This document shows, piece by piece, positions 38,226 to 48,769 of a stretch of DNA of 64,000 nucleotides. This DNA comes from an uncultured Acidobacteriota bacterium. Its GTDB lineage: Bacteria > Acidobacteriota > Vicinamibacteria > Vicinamibacterales > 2-12-FULL-66-21. The DNA lies in assembly GCA_963804245.1 (NCBI GenBank), contig CAWDPQ010000017.1, positions 157,545 through 221,544 of the forward strand, in the 5' to 3' direction. Position 1 is the first letter of the stretch. Each line of letters opens with the position of its first letter. The translations under genes and the position numbers were made by a program. The notes under the pieces are model-generated. The model was not told the origin of the DNA. It was given only the letters and a program-made list of their open reading frames with translations, and made no database searches.

Positions 38226-39623
38226 ATGATGCGGTCACGGATGTTGGCGGCCTGGACGGTTGCGGCCGTGCTCGGGGCAGTACACGGGATCGGCGCCCAG
38301 CAGCCGGCGATGAAGCTGCAGGTCCCGGTCGAGTACTACAAGCTCCCGAACGGCCTGAAGGTTGTGCTCTCGCGCGATACCACCACGCCGACCACCTGCG
38401 TGGCCCTCTACTACAACATCGGGTTCCGAAACGAGCCGCGGAATCGTACCGGGTTCGCTCACTTGTTCGAGCACATGATGTTCCAGGGTTCGGGCAACCT
38501 CGGCAAAATGGAGTTCATCCGCCTGGTCGAATCAAACGGCGGGCTCCTCAACGGTTCCACGCGCTTCGACTTCACCAACTACTTCCAGGTCGTGCCATCA
38601 CACGTGCTCGAGCCCGTACTCTGGGCCGAGGCCGACCGCATGCGCGGTTTGAACATCGACGCCGACAATCTGAAGAACCAGCAGGAGGTCGTGAAGAACG
38701 AGGTCAAGGTCAACGTCCTCAATCAGCCCTACGGCAGCTTCCCGTGGATCGACCTGCCGATGGCGGCGAACGAGAACTGGTACAACTCTCACAACTTCTA
38801 CGGCGATCTCAAAGACCTCGACGCGGCGACGCTCGACGAAGTGCGCTCGTTCTTCAAGACGTTCTACTCGCCGAACAACGCCGTACTCGTGGTGACCGGC
38901 GACTTCGCGGCCGATCAGACCAAAGCGTGGATCCAGAAGTATTTCGCCAACATACCGCAGGCGAAATTACCGGCGGCGCCGGATTTGCGCGAGCCGAGAC
39001 AGCAGAAGGAAAAGCGCGCCGAGCGCACGGATCCGCTCGCCAACCGACCGGCGCTGGGCATCGGCTACCACCTCCCCGATCGACACACACCCGAGTGGTA
39101 CGCGTTCGGCCTCATCGATCAGGCGATCGGACAGGGCGCCGACTCACTGCTCTACGACCAGTTGGTGCGCAAGCAGGGGCTCACCGGCAACGTCAACGCC
39201 GGGATCAACTGGGGCCTCGGCAACATGTTCGATTACAGCGGACCGATGCTGTGGATTGCGCAGGTCTTCCATGACACCTCGACGCCATCCGACAAGCTCC
39301 TCGCGGCGTTCGACAGCGTGATCGAGACGGTGCGCAAGGAAGGGCTCGATCAGGCGACGCTCGACCGCGCCCGCGTGAAGATGCGCTCGGACCTGTATGC
39401 GAACCTCGAACAGTTCGCCGGCTTCGGCCGCGCCAACCTCCTCGCCTCCTTTGCGCTGTTCGACGACGACCCGTCGCGGATCAACCGGCTCGAGGAAGAA
39501 TTCGGCAAGGTGACGCCGGACGTCGTGCGCAAGACGGCGCAGGAATACCTGCGCTCCAGCAACAGAACGGTTTATGCGATCAAACCGGGGAAGAAGGATG
39601 CCGGCAACGGAGAGCGGCCATGA
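38226..39623 (+). CDS. M16 (pitrilysin-family) zinc peptidase, catalytic subunit
   Basis: TGFAHLFEHMMFQGS (HxxEH); LNGSTRFDFTNY; signal peptide. Confidence 0.93.
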   Translation: MMRSRMLAAWTVAAVLGAVHGIGAQQPAMKLQVPVEYYKLPNGLKVVLSRDTTTPTTCVALYYNIGFRNEPRNRTGFAHLFEHMMFQGSGNLGKMEFIRLVESNGGLLNGSTRFDFTNYFQVVPSHVLEPVLWAEADRMRGLNIDADNLKNQQEVVKNEVKVNVLNQPYGSFPWIDLPMAANENWYNSHNFYGDLKDLDAATLDEVRSFFKTFYSPNNAVLVVTGDFAADQTKAWIQKYFANIPQAKLPAAPDLREPRQQKEKRAERTDPLANRPALGIGYHLPDRHTPEWYAFGLIDQAIGQGADSLLYDQLVRKQGLTGNVNAGINWGLGNMFDYSGPMLWIAQVFHDTSTPSDKLLAAFDSVIETVRKEGLDQATLDRARVKMRSDLYANLEQFAGFGRANLLASFALFDDDPSRINRLEEEFGKVTPDVVRKTAQEYLRSSNRTVYAIKPGKKDAGNGERP

Positions 39624-41014
39624 CTCGCTCGGTGCTCAAAATCCTCACGGTCGGCGCGGCGCTGACCCTCGCCGCAGCGTCCGCACCGACGTTCGCGCAG
39701 CAGAAAGAGAAGCCGCCGGCGGCGGGCCCGGCGAAGGATTTCACGATCCCGACGCCGCGAAAACTGACGCTGCCGAACGGCATGCCGGTGACCATGGTGT
39801 CCTTCGGCCAGGTACCGAAGGTCACGATCCGAGTCGTCGTCAGCGCCGCAAACGTTCACGAACAGAAAGAGGAAGTCTGGCTCGCCGATCTGACCGGCAG
39901 CATGATGCGCGAGGGGACGACCACGCTCACGGCTGACGCCGTGGCGCGCGAGTTCGCGGCCATGGGCGGCGAGCTCGCCATCAATGTCGGACCGGACACC
40001 ACGTCAGTCAGCGCCGATGTGATCTCGGAGCGTGCAGCCGACGCGGTCCGCCTGCTCGCGGACGTCGTGCAACGTCCGCGTCTGCCCGATACGGAGCTCG
40101 CCCGTGTCAAGGGCAACCTGCTGCGAAACCTCGCCATCCAGCGCAGCACGCCGCAGTCCATCGCCCAGGAGCAGTTCGCCGAGCTCGTCTACGGCGAGCA
40201 TCCGTACGGCCGGCTGTTCCCCACCGAGGCGATGCTCAAGGGCTACACGATCGACCAGGTCAAGGCGTTCCACAAGAACAACTACAGCGCCGGTCGGGCG
40301 CGGCTCTACGTGGCCGGTATTTTCGATGCGGCAGCGGTTGAAGCAGCGGTGCACAAGGCGTTCGAAGGATGGGACCGTGGCGCCCAAGCCAACGCGGCCA
40401 AGGTTCCCGCTGCCGGCGATCGTCGGTTTGCGCTCCTCGATCGCGCGGATGCACCACAGTCGACGGTCCTGCTCGGCCTGCGCGTGCCCAGCCCCTCGCA
40501 CAAGGACTGGATCGCGCTGCAGGTGACCGATTCCCTGCTCGGTGGCTCGTTCGCCTCGCGAATCACGTCGAACATCAGGGAGCAGAAGGGCTACACCTAC
40601 TCGCCTTTCAGTAATGTCGAAGCGCATCCGGGGCTGGCGAGCTGGGTCGAAACGGCTGATGTCACGACCAAGGTGACCGGCGAATCGCTCAAGGAAATCT
40701 TCTTCGAGATCGAGCGCCTGCGGAAGGAAGCGCCCCCCGCCGACGAGCTGCGCGGCATCCAGAACAACCTGGCGGGCATTTTCGTGGTGCAGAACGCCTC
40801 GCGCAGCGGCGTCATCGGCCGGCTGGCATTCGTCGACCTGCACGGCCTCGGCGACGACTACCTCACGGGCTATGTGAAGCGCGTCATGTCGGTGACCCCG
40901 GAAGACGTCCGGCGCGTCGCCAGCGAGTACTTGACCCCCGAGAAGATGACCCTGGTGGTCGTGGGGGACGTGAAGACCGTCAAGGAACAACTGACGCCCT
41001 GGTCGACGCGGTAA
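39620..41014 (+). CDS. M16 peptidase partner subunit (non-catalytic)
   Basis: No HxxEH; FASRITSNIREQKGYTYS motif; overlaps the upstream stop codon. Confidence 0.9.
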   Translation: MTRSVLKILTVGAALTLAAASAPTFAQQKEKPPAAGPAKDFTIPTPRKLTLPNGMPVTMVSFGQVPKVTIRVVVSAANVHEQKEEVWLADLTGSMMREGTTTLTADAVAREFAAMGGELAINVGPDTTSVSADVISERAADAVRLLADVVQRPRLPDTELARVKGNLLRNLAIQRSTPQSIAQEQFAELVYGEHPYGRLFPTEAMLKGYTIDQVKAFHKNNYSAGRARLYVAGIFDAAAVEAAVHKAFEGWDRGAQANAAKVPAAGDRRFALLDRADAPQSTVLLGLRVPSPSHKDWIALQVTDSLLGGSFASRITSNIREQKGYTYSPFSNVEAHPGLASWVETADVTTKVTGESLKEIFFEIERLRKEAPPADELRGIQNNLAGIFVVQNASRSGVIGRLAFVDLHGLGDDYLTGYVKRVMSVTPEDVRRVASEYLTPEKMTLVVVGDVKTVKEQLTPWSTR

Positions 41015-41074
41015 CGGGTCCCTTGTTCCCGCCTCGCTGGTGGGATAATCTGCGACCCGTCCCTTCGACCCACG

Positions 41075-41650
41075 ATGCTCTGTACGTATTGCGGTGCTGA
41101 TACACCGCCGGCGCTGGACCGGTGCGTCGTCTGTCAGACGCCGTATCCCCCGGGGTTCGCCGAGGGGGCGACAATCGCCGCCAGCGACGCCGATGCCGAC
41201 CACACCCGCCTGGCCCAACCCGGTGAGACCGTTGCTCCTGCCTCTGGCGCGTCCATTCCAAACGTCGGGGGCGTCCCGGTCCTGCAGACCGGGCAGACGT
41301 TCGCCAACCGCTACACGATCATCCGACTGCTCGGCGCCTGGCGCTGGCGCGTCAGATCGTGTCCGGCCTCGGCGCCGCGCACAAGGCCGGCGTAGTGCAC
41401 CGCGATCTCAAGCCGGCCAACATCATGGTCGACGCCGACGATCAGGCGTTGCTGATGGACTTCGGCATCGCCCGCTCGACGAGCGGCGATCAGGCACTGC
41501 TGGCGGACGTGCGATCGCGCATACCAGGACCAGCATGTCGCTCCACACGATGCCAGGAGCGATCATGGGCACGCTCGTGCATGGCGCCGGAGCAGGCGCG
41601 CGGGGAACCGGTCGATCAGCGGACCGATATCTACGCGTGCTATCCTCGCG
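41075..41650 (+). pseudogene. Zn-ribbon Ser/Thr kinase remnant with internal deletion
   Basis: CTYC...CVVC; RYTIIRLLGA jumps to GLGAAHKAGVVHRDLKPANIM...DFGIAR...MAPEQARGEPVDQRTDIY, then ends. Confidence 0.8.
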
Positions 41651-41674
41651 CGCTCTTCTTTCTGGAGCGTCTCG

Positions 41675-43633
41675 ATGCGCTATTGCGCGATCCTTCTGAC
41701 CACTCTTACGTGCCTGGCTTCCCTCTCCGCTCAGACCCCTCCACCCGCCGGCAAAGCCGCGAAAGTGGAAGTCAGTCCTGCTCGTGCGGAGGCAGAAGTC
41801 GGACAGACCCTCAAGTTTTCCGCCGCCGCCAGCGACGCGTCGGGCGCGCGGCTCGACGCAAAGCCGTCCACCTGGGTGGCCGCCCCCTTCGATTCGGCCG
41901 TCGCCGATGAGACTGGAACCGTCACCTTCTATCACCCCGGCGAGATCCGCGTGGGGGCAATCATCGATGGCAAACCGGGGTTCGCGATCGTCACCGTGAA
42001 GCCGGTTGCCGCCGCTCGTGTCGCCGTGGGCGACGTTTCCACACCAATCGTCGTTGGCGGCGGTCTGACACTTGAAGCAACCGCGACCGCCCGCGATGGA
42101 ACTCCGCTCGAGAGTGCGACCCTGACCTGGACCTCCGAATCACCGGCGGTTGCCACGGTCGATGCGAGCGGATTCGTGACCGGCGTGGCACCCGGAAAAG
42201 CAACCATCCGAGCGCAGTCCGGGCCGGCTTCCGGCACCACTTCGGTACAGATTGCTCGCAGCAACGTCACCGCCATCGCCGTCGAGCCGCGCACGACGGA
42301 GGCCCGGACCGGCGACGTCGTACGGTTCAGCGCGAAGATTTCCGTCGATTCAGGCGCACCACCGGCCGTCAGATGGTCGGTCACCGGCGCAGGCGCCACT
42401 ATCGATGCCGACGGCGGATTCGTTGCCGAGCGACCCGGCTCGCACGTCGTGACCGCATCGGTCGGTGAACGTTCGTCCATCGCCACCGTGACGGTCCGTC
42501 CACGCGACGTCGCCCGCCCGCTGGAAGTCGTCGGTCGAACCCCGCTCGAAGAGTTCCAGACCATGGAGCAATGGATCGTCGGCAAATACGCCTATGTGAC
42601 CTCGATCATCGCCGGCCGTCTCTGGGTATTCGATATCTCGAATCCCGCCGCGCCGGTGAAGGTCGACTCGGTGACCTTCGATGCGCGCGTGCTGAACGAC
42701 ATCAGCACGACGGCCGATGGCAAGGTCGCGGTCGTCACCCGCGAGGGCGCCTCGAATCGCAAGAACGGGATCGTCTTTCTCGACACGTCCGACCCCGCAC
42801 ACCCGAAGATCCTGTCGGAGTACAACGAAACGGTCTCGGGTGGGGTCCACAGCGCGTACATCGACGGCCACCACGTGTACCTGACCGATGACGCGACGGG
42901 ATCGCTGCGCGTGATCGATTTCGAGGATGTCAGGAAGCCCAAGGAAGTCGGCCGCTGGCAGGTTGAGAACCCTCTCGCGCGGACCGTGACAACGGCCGAC
43001 GGGCAGACCACCGGCGGACGCTATCTTCACGACGTTCAGGTGGTCGATGGTCTCTTGTATGCCGGCTACTGGCGCGATGGTCTGATCATCCTCGACGTGG
43101 GCAAGGGAATCCGCGGCGGCTCACCGGCCAATCCGAAGCTGGTCAGCCAGCTTCGATTCAACTACCACGAGTTGTATGGACCGGGATGGCTGGCGGGAGC
43201 GCACGCCGTGTTCAGGTACAAGCAATACGTCTTCGTCGGCGACGAGGTTTTCCCCGCCACGTTCGACATCACGTCACGCGATGTGTTCCAGGTCAAAGGC
43301 ATGGTTCACGTGGTGGACGTGTCGGACATCACGCGGCCGCGGCAGGTCGCGACCTATGAAGTGCCCGAAGGTGGCGCGCACAATATGTGGGTCATCGACG
43401 ACATCATGTATATGGGCTACTACAATGCCGGGGCGCGCGTCGTCGACGTTTCCGGTGAATTGCGCGGCGATCTCTACAGGCAGGGTCGCGAGATCGCGCG
43501 ACTCTGGACCGGAGACCCGAAAGGTTATCGCCCGAATGCGCCGTTCTGCTGGGGCGCGCAGCCGCACAATGGGCTCATCTACTTCAACGACATCAACAGC
43601 GGGGTCTGGGTCACGAGGCTGGCGCCGAAGTGA
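41675..43633 (+). CDS. Exported Ig-like (Big_2) + LVIVD-repeat protein
   Basis: WTSESPAVATVDASGFVTGVAPG Big_2 motif; LWVFDISNP, IVFLDTSDP, LIILDV, VHVVDVSD repeats. Confidence 0.85.
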   Translation: MRYCAILLTTLTCLASLSAQTPPPAGKAAKVEVSPARAEAEVGQTLKFSAAASDASGARLDAKPSTWVAAPFDSAVADETGTVTFYHPGEIRVGAIIDGKPGFAIVTVKPVAAARVAVGDVSTPIVVGGGLTLEATATARDGTPLESATLTWTSESPAVATVDASGFVTGVAPGKATIRAQSGPASGTTSVQIARSNVTAIAVEPRTTEARTGDVVRFSAKISVDSGAPPAVRWSVTGAGATIDADGGFVAERPGSHVVTASVGERSSIATVTVRPRDVARPLEVVGRTPLEEFQTMEQWIVGKYAYVTSIIAGRLWVFDISNPAAPVKVDSVTFDARVLNDISTTADGKVAVVTREGASNRKNGIVFLDTSDPAHPKILSEYNETVSGGVHSAYIDGHHVYLTDDATGSLRVIDFEDVRKPKEVGRWQVENPLARTVTTADGQTTGGRYLHDVQVVDGLLYAGYWRDGLIILDVGKGIRGGSPANPKLVSQLRFNYHELYGPGWLAGAHAVFRYKQYVFVGDEVFPATFDITSRDVFQVKGMVHVVDVSDITRPRQVATYEVPEGGAHNMWVIDDIMYMGYYNAGARVVDVSGELRGDLYRQGREIARLWTGDPKGYRPNAPFCWGAQPHNGLIYFNDINSGVWVTRLAPK

Positions 43634-43695
43634 CACGCGAACACCGTTGGGCTGAGACCAGCTTCGCTAACCAGCATGATTCGAAGCTGCAGGGA

Positions 43696-44847
43696 TTATT
43701 TGCCGTGAGCCTCCATCTTCCAGAAGTCAATACCGCCGGCTTGCGGCGCGACTTCCACTGACGCAGAGATCCGACCGCTGGCCAGATCGATCATGACGAC
43801 GGTACCAGGCTCGGCTGCCATCCCTTCGACCGACACGAAGGCAAAGCGCTGGTCGGGCGAGACGACAACGCCGTGCGCGGCTTTGCGGGGCAACGCCACT
43901 CGCGCGGTCTCGGTCCCCGCACGCGTGTCGAAGATCGACACGGACTGATCGCGGCGGTTCGTGGCAATCAGCTTCCCGTCGGTGGTGACCGCCAGATTGT
44001 AAATGCCGGGACGTGCCGGGATCCGGCGCACGACCTCCCAGCGTGCCACATCGACCTGAACGAGCTCACTCGAGCCGTTGCACGCGACGAAGACGGACGA
44101 GCCGTCGGATGAAGGTTGAGCCCAAGTCGGTGAACATGCGGCAGCTTTCGACGCGACGGGCTCCGCCCCATGTCCTGTGTGGCCACTGGCGTCTGATGTC
44201 GGCATGCGTGGCGGCGGACCCGTACCGCTCCGCTCCTTTCCAGCAGTCGCGATCAGATGTCGTGAGACGCGGAGGCGGAGCGTGTCGATCTCGACGAGCG
44301 CATCGTCCATCATGCACGCGGAATAGTGCCGCGCGCCCGTTGCATCCAGCCTCGAGCCATGCGGCATCACGCAGGTGGGGATCCGCTTGATCTCCGCCAT
44401 GGTCGACGTTTCGACCACGGAAACCGACGACGGTTCGCGATCGCCGTGCAGGTTGAAGTTGACGACATAGGCGAAGTCGCCGCCCGGTGAGATCTGCAGC
44501 GTGGCGGGGAACGAACCGAGCGTCACACGTCCGGCAACCTGGTTGTCGGCAGTCGAGTACTTCCACAGAGCGCCGTAGGGTTGGCCGTGCGCGAGGGAAA
44601 CGTAGAACCAGCGAGCATCCGGCGACACCGCCAGACCATGCGGGCCGTCGATGCTCGTCGGCATGATGCCGGTCGGAAAGTCACGCTCGACGCGGCCGCC
44701 GCCGGCCCACAATCGGATCAGGGCAAGGCGGTCGGCTGCCTCGGAGGCGACATAGAGGAGATAGTCCTGATCGGCCGGCCTCGCGGCCGGGGCCGCCGGC
44801 AAGGTGAGTGCGGACAGGACCAACGCCGCCAGGCAGCGTCTGTTCAC
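43696..44847 (-). CDS. YncE/YVTN beta-propeller protein
   Basis: PHGLAVSPD, YVVNFNL, AHGVVVSPD blades; signal peptide. Confidence 0.8.
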   Translation of the reverse strand: MNRRCLAALVLSALTLPAAPAARPADQDYLLYVASEAADRLALIRLWAGGGRVERDFPTGIMPTSIDGPHGLAVSPDARWFYVSLAHGQPYGALWKYSTADNQVAGRVTLGSFPATLQISPGGDFAYVVNFNLHGDREPSSVSVVETSTMAEIKRIPTCVMPHGSRLDATGARHYSACMMDDALVEIDTLRLRVSRHLIATAGKERSGTGPPPRMPTSDASGHTGHGAEPVASKAAACSPTWAQPSSDGSSVFVACNGSSELVQVDVARWEVVRRIPARPGIYNLAVTTDGKLIATNRRDQSVSIFDTRAGTETARVALPRKAAHGVVVSPDQRFAFVSVEGMAAEPGTVVMIDLASGRISASVEVAPQAGGIDFWKMEAHGK

Positions 44848-44888
44848 ACTCAGCAGCTTACCGGATCGGCCCGTGCGCCGACCGTTTG

Positions 44889-45311
44889 TCAGCGGTTCAA
44901 TCGCAGCTGGTCGACAACCTGCTTGACACCTTCTGTTTCCCGCGCCAGGGCCAGCGCCCTCTGCCGTTGCGACTCCGACTTCACGACTCCGCTGACGGTA
45001 ACCGTGGTACCGACCGTGTCCACGTCGATATCCAGCGCCTTGACGGTGTCGTCGAGCGCCATCTTGGCCTTGATTTTCGCGGTGAGGGCTCCCTCATTCA
45101 GTGCGCGCCGGGCCTGATTGGCGGCAACGGCGGTCTTCTCGGCAACCTGGGCACCGACCTCACGGGCCTTCTCGGCGTTGGCGCCCGTTGTCCCCACGCT
45201 GCCGGGTGCGTTGGTATTGCGAACCCCTCCGCCCCAGTATCCGAGCAAGAATGCTCCGCCGCCTACCAGCACGACGACGAGAATCACCAGTCTCAGTAAT
45301 GCACGGATCAT
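44889..45311 (-). CDS. BON-domain protein
   Basis: LTAKIKAKMALDD...IDVDT...VTVSGVV...ETEGVKQVVDQL; N-terminal TM. Confidence 0.9.
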   Translation of the reverse strand: MIRALLRLVILVVVLVGGGAFLLGYWGGGVRNTNAPGSVGTTGANAEKAREVGAQVAEKTAVAANQARRALNEGALTAKIKAKMALDDTVKALDIDVDTVGTTVTVSGVVKSESQRQRALALARETEGVKQVVDQLRLNR

Positions 45312-45383
45312 TTCGCTACCCCCGTTCTAGGAAATACGGAGCAGAAGCCGTGCCGTTCGAAGAATCGCGTTCGGCGCGTAAGG

Positions 45384-47000
45384 ATGAGGTCGCCCGCCAT
45401 GGCCGGGGTTCGGCGCAGCTATTGCACCGCGAGCCGAGGCGAGCGCAAATTGAAGGTCTTGCTTGTCGTTATCGACGCGGCTACGCCCCATGTCATCTGC
45501 CCGGCGATTCGCACTGGACGCCTGCGCGTCTTTCAGCGTTTAGCGGAGGCGGGTAACCTCCACCAGGCATCAGTCAGCATCTTTCCTTCAATCACGCCGG
45601 CCGCGACCACGTCGATTATCACCGGCTGCTATCCGTCCGAGCACGGCATCGCCGGCGCATCGTGGTTCGACCAGACGCGGCAAGAGGTCGCCTACTACGG
45701 CGACGACTTCTGGGTCATTGCGCGGGAAGGCTTCGCGGAGTTCATTCGCGACTTCCTGCTGCGGCTGAATGGCGATCGTTTGCGCGCGCCGACTTTGTTC
45801 GAGATGGTCGAGCGCCATGGACGGCGCGCCGCCTGCCTGAACTATCTCGTGTTTCGCGGCAACGTACCGCACAGGGTACGTATCCCTGGACTGATCGCGG
45901 CGCTACCCGGCGTCCCGCTGTCGGAAACCGTTGAAGGGCCGTCGATACTGTGTCTCGGCGACTTCGTGGAATCGCCAACGATCCATCGACGAAAACTGGG
46001 CGGCAAGGGCGGTGCCATGCACCGCTTCGGCATGGACGATGCTTCGACCGGTGAGCTCCTGCGTGACTTGTGTGCGGCGGGTCCACTACCCGACTTCACG
46101 GTGGCCTATTTCGCCGACAATGACTATCGCAGTCATGAAGTCGGACCCTATGCGGCGCTCGATGTCGTCGCGCGCATCGACGCGATGCTCGGCGAGGCCT
46201 TCGACGCGGCGGGTGGTCTCGAGCGCGTGCTCGCCGAAACTTGCGTGATTGTCACGTCCGACCACGGTCACTGCGACGTCTTGCCGGCCCCGGCCGAAGC
46301 AGTGATCCGGCTCGATCGAATCCTGGCGAACTATCGTCAGGCCAAGCTCGGCGCCGCCTGGGGTTCGCGCGATGAGATCATGATCTGTCCGAACATGCGC
46401 GCGGCTCAAGTCTACATACGGAAGCCTACCCCTGAATTCGTCGAGCGGATTGCGACCGACGCCCTCGCAGATTCGCGGGTCGATCAAGTCATCTGCCGGA
46501 CGTCGATCGCAACGGGGCATGGGGCAGGTTATCGCGTGCGCACCGCGGGTGGGCGGCTCGAATTCACTCATGGCGGCGCGGGAAATGGCCATGTCGAGGA
46601 TGCCTTCGGGGGCGCGTGGCGATGGACCGGCAATCCAGGAGCCCTCGGCCTGCAGCAGGATGGCCTCATGGTCGAATTCGAGGAGTATCCGAATGCCTTC
46701 GAACGGATTGCTGGTGCCCTCGACCTCGAACAAAGCGGCGAATTGTGGATCACGGCCCGGCCAGGCTGCGAGTTCGAGGTACCCGGTGGGAAGGCCCACG
46801 TCGGCGGTGCGTCGCACGGGGCGCTGCATGAACTGGACTCGTTGAGCCCGCTTATCGTCGCCGGCGGTCCCGATACCCTGAAGCTCCCGCGCAACGTTCG
46901 GTCAGTCGACGTCGCTCCGCTCTGCATGCAGCTGCTCGGACTCCCGATGCGTTATCGGCCTGGCGATCCGCGACCGGGCCCGCTGCGCGACCCCGTCTGA
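45384..47000 (+). CDS. Alkaline phosphatase superfamily (nucleotide pyrophosphatase/phosphodiesterase-like)
   Basis: VVIDA, FPSITPAA, DYRSH, TSDHGH, GSHG-like ASHG; start may be ~45450. Confidence 0.85.
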   Translation: MRSPAMAGVRRSYCTASRGERKLKVLLVVIDAATPHVICPAIRTGRLRVFQRLAEAGNLHQASVSIFPSITPAATTSIITGCYPSEHGIAGASWFDQTRQEVAYYGDDFWVIAREGFAEFIRDFLLRLNGDRLRAPTLFEMVERHGRRAACLNYLVFRGNVPHRVRIPGLIAALPGVPLSETVEGPSILCLGDFVESPTIHRRKLGGKGGAMHRFGMDDASTGELLRDLCAAGPLPDFTVAYFADNDYRSHEVGPYAALDVVARIDAMLGEAFDAAGGLERVLAETCVIVTSDHGHCDVLPAPAEAVIRLDRILANYRQAKLGAAWGSRDEIMICPNMRAAQVYIRKPTPEFVERIATDALADSRVDQVICRTSIATGHGAGYRVRTAGGRLEFTHGGAGNGHVEDAFGGAWRWTGNPGALGLQQDGLMVEFEEYPNAFERIAGALDLEQSGELWITARPGCEFEVPGGKAHVGGASHGALHELDSLSPLIVAGGPDTLKLPRNVRSVDVAPLCMQLLGLPMRYRPGDPRPGPLRDPV

Positions 47001-47015
47001 CAAGTACAATGAGGT

Positions 47016-47594
47016 GTGTCGAGCGCGAACCCTATCACCGAATTTCTCAATGCGATCGAACGGGCGGCTGCTCGTCAGGTGGACACCGCACCCGTTGCGC
47101 TGGCGACGGCTGACGCCGAGGGCCGCCCCTCGGTCCGGATGGTATTGCTGCGCGGCGCAGACGAGCGCGGCTTCGTCTTCCACACGAACTACAACAGCCG
47201 GAAGGCCGGAGAGCTGGCGGCCAATCCGCACGCTGCCCTTTGCTTCCACTGGCCCACGCTCGAGGAACAGATTCGGGTTGAGGGTCGAATCGAGCGTTTG
47301 CCCTCGTCCGAGTCCGACGCCTATTTCGTCACACGCCCGCGGGGGAGCCAGCTTGGCGCCTGGGCTTCAGAGCAGAGCATGGTCCTTCCCTCTCGCGAGA
47401 CACTCGAAGAGCAATACCGGGCCATCGAACGCCGATTCGAAGGCTCGCCGGTACCCCGACCGCCGTTCTGGGGAGGTTTCCGCCTGGTGCCGGAGCGCAT
47501 CGAATTCTGGTTCGGACGTCCCGATCGTCTTCACGATCGTTTGAGCTACACGCGTGAAGCGGGCGGCTGGCGGATCGAACGGTTGTATCCCTGA
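47016..47594 (+). CDS. pdxH: Pyridoxamine 5'-phosphate oxidase
   Basis: [54 protein letters not shown]. Confidence 0.95.
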   Translation: MSSANPITEFLNAIERAAARQVDTAPVALATADAEGRPSVRMVLLRGADERGFVFHTNYNSRKAGELAANPHAALCFHWPTLEEQIRVEGRIERLPSSESDAYFVTRPRGSQLGAWASEQSMVLPSRETLEEQYRAIERRFEGSPVPRPPFWGGFRLVPERIEFWFGRPDRLHDRLSYTREAGGWRIERLYP

Positions 47595-47622
47595 CGGATC
47601 GTCCAACTCCCAAACCTGAGTG

Positions 47623-48699
47623 ATGCACTTCGAAGCACCATACATTCAATGGGCGAAGACGCGCCCCGATGCGCGGTACGACCTTGCGCTGAGCAACATC
47701 CTCACCTGCACGTTGGACGATCTCCCCGGAGCTCACGACGCGCTCGAGTTGGCGGGGCGGAACGATCAGGGCTACGAGCCACTGCTCGAGGCCATCGCCA
47801 AACGCTACGGTGTCGAACCTGCGCAAGTGACCGCGGCCGCCGGCACGTCCGGGGCAAACTTCCTCGTTTTCGCGGCGCTGCTCGAGCCCGGCGACGAAGT
47901 ACTGGTTGAACGGCCGGGATACGATGCGTTGACCGCCGCGGCGCAGACCTTCGCCGCACGATTGACGCGCTTCGATCGCTCGTTCGACGACGGCTACATG
48001 CTCGATCCAGATCGCGTGGAATCGGCCATCACCCCACGCACGAAACTCATCGTCATCACCAGCCCGCACAACCCTACCGGCGCCGTCGCTGATGGCGCTT
48101 CGCTGCGCGCAGTTGGTCGGATGGCGGAACAGGTCGGGGCCCACGTCCTGGTCGACGAGGTCTATCTGGACATGGTCGACACGTCCAGGCCGCCCAGTGC
48201 CACGGTGGACGACAACTTCATCACGACGAGTAGTCTGACCAAATCGTACGGGCTGGCAGGTTTGCGATGTGGATGGGCCTTGTCGTCGGAGGCGACCGCG
48301 CAACGTCTGCGCCGGGTGCGGGACATCGTGGACGGCGGAGGATCGATTCTGACGGAGCGGCTCGGCGTCCTTGCTTTCCAGCACCTCGATCGATTGATCG
48401 AGCGGGCGCAGGCACTGCTCGGCATGAACGGAGAGCTCGTCCGCAACGCGCTCAGCAACCAGCACGCGCTCGAATGGGTCGACCCTGCGGCCGGCACCGT
48501 CGTGTTCCCTCGCATTGCCGGCGTCGCCGACGCCAGCCGCTTTGTCGAGCGCCTGCTCGCGGAACGCCAAACGGCCGTCGTTCCGGGACGATTGTTCGAA
48601 TCCCCCTCCCACTTCCGCCTCGGCTTCGGCGGTACTACCGAAAGCGTCAGGAACGGCCTCGACGCTCTGACGGCAGCCTTGAACGACCGCGCCTTTTGA
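47623..48699 (+). CDS. PLP-dependent aminotransferase class I/II
   Basis: SPHNPTG, VDEVY, SSLTKSYGLAGLRCGW. Confidence 0.92.
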   Translation: MHFEAPYIQWAKTRPDARYDLALSNILTCTLDDLPGAHDALELAGRNDQGYEPLLEAIAKRYGVEPAQVTAAAGTSGANFLVFAALLEPGDEVLVERPGYDALTAAAQTFAARLTRFDRSFDDGYMLDPDRVESAITPRTKLIVITSPHNPTGAVADGASLRAVGRMAEQVGAHVLVDEVYLDMVDTSRPPSATVDDNFITTSSLTKSYGLAGLRCGWALSSEATAQRLRRVRDIVDGGGSILTERLGVLAFQHLDRLIERAQALLGMNGELVRNALSNQHALEWVDPAAGTVVFPRIAGVADASRFVERLLAERQTAVVPGRLFESPSHFRLGFGGTTESVRNGLDALTAALNDRAF

Positions 48700-48731
48700 G
48701 CCTCATCGGTTCCGCTTTGCGCATTCCTAGT

Positions 48732-48755
48732 CTTCCGCCTGAAGGCGGAAGCCAC
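48732..48755. repeat. REP hairpin between convergent genes (possible bidirectional terminator)
   Basis: CTTCCGCC-TGAA-GGCGGAAG-CCAC. Confidence 0.7.
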
Positions 48756-48769
48756 GGCAGAAGCGTGAA

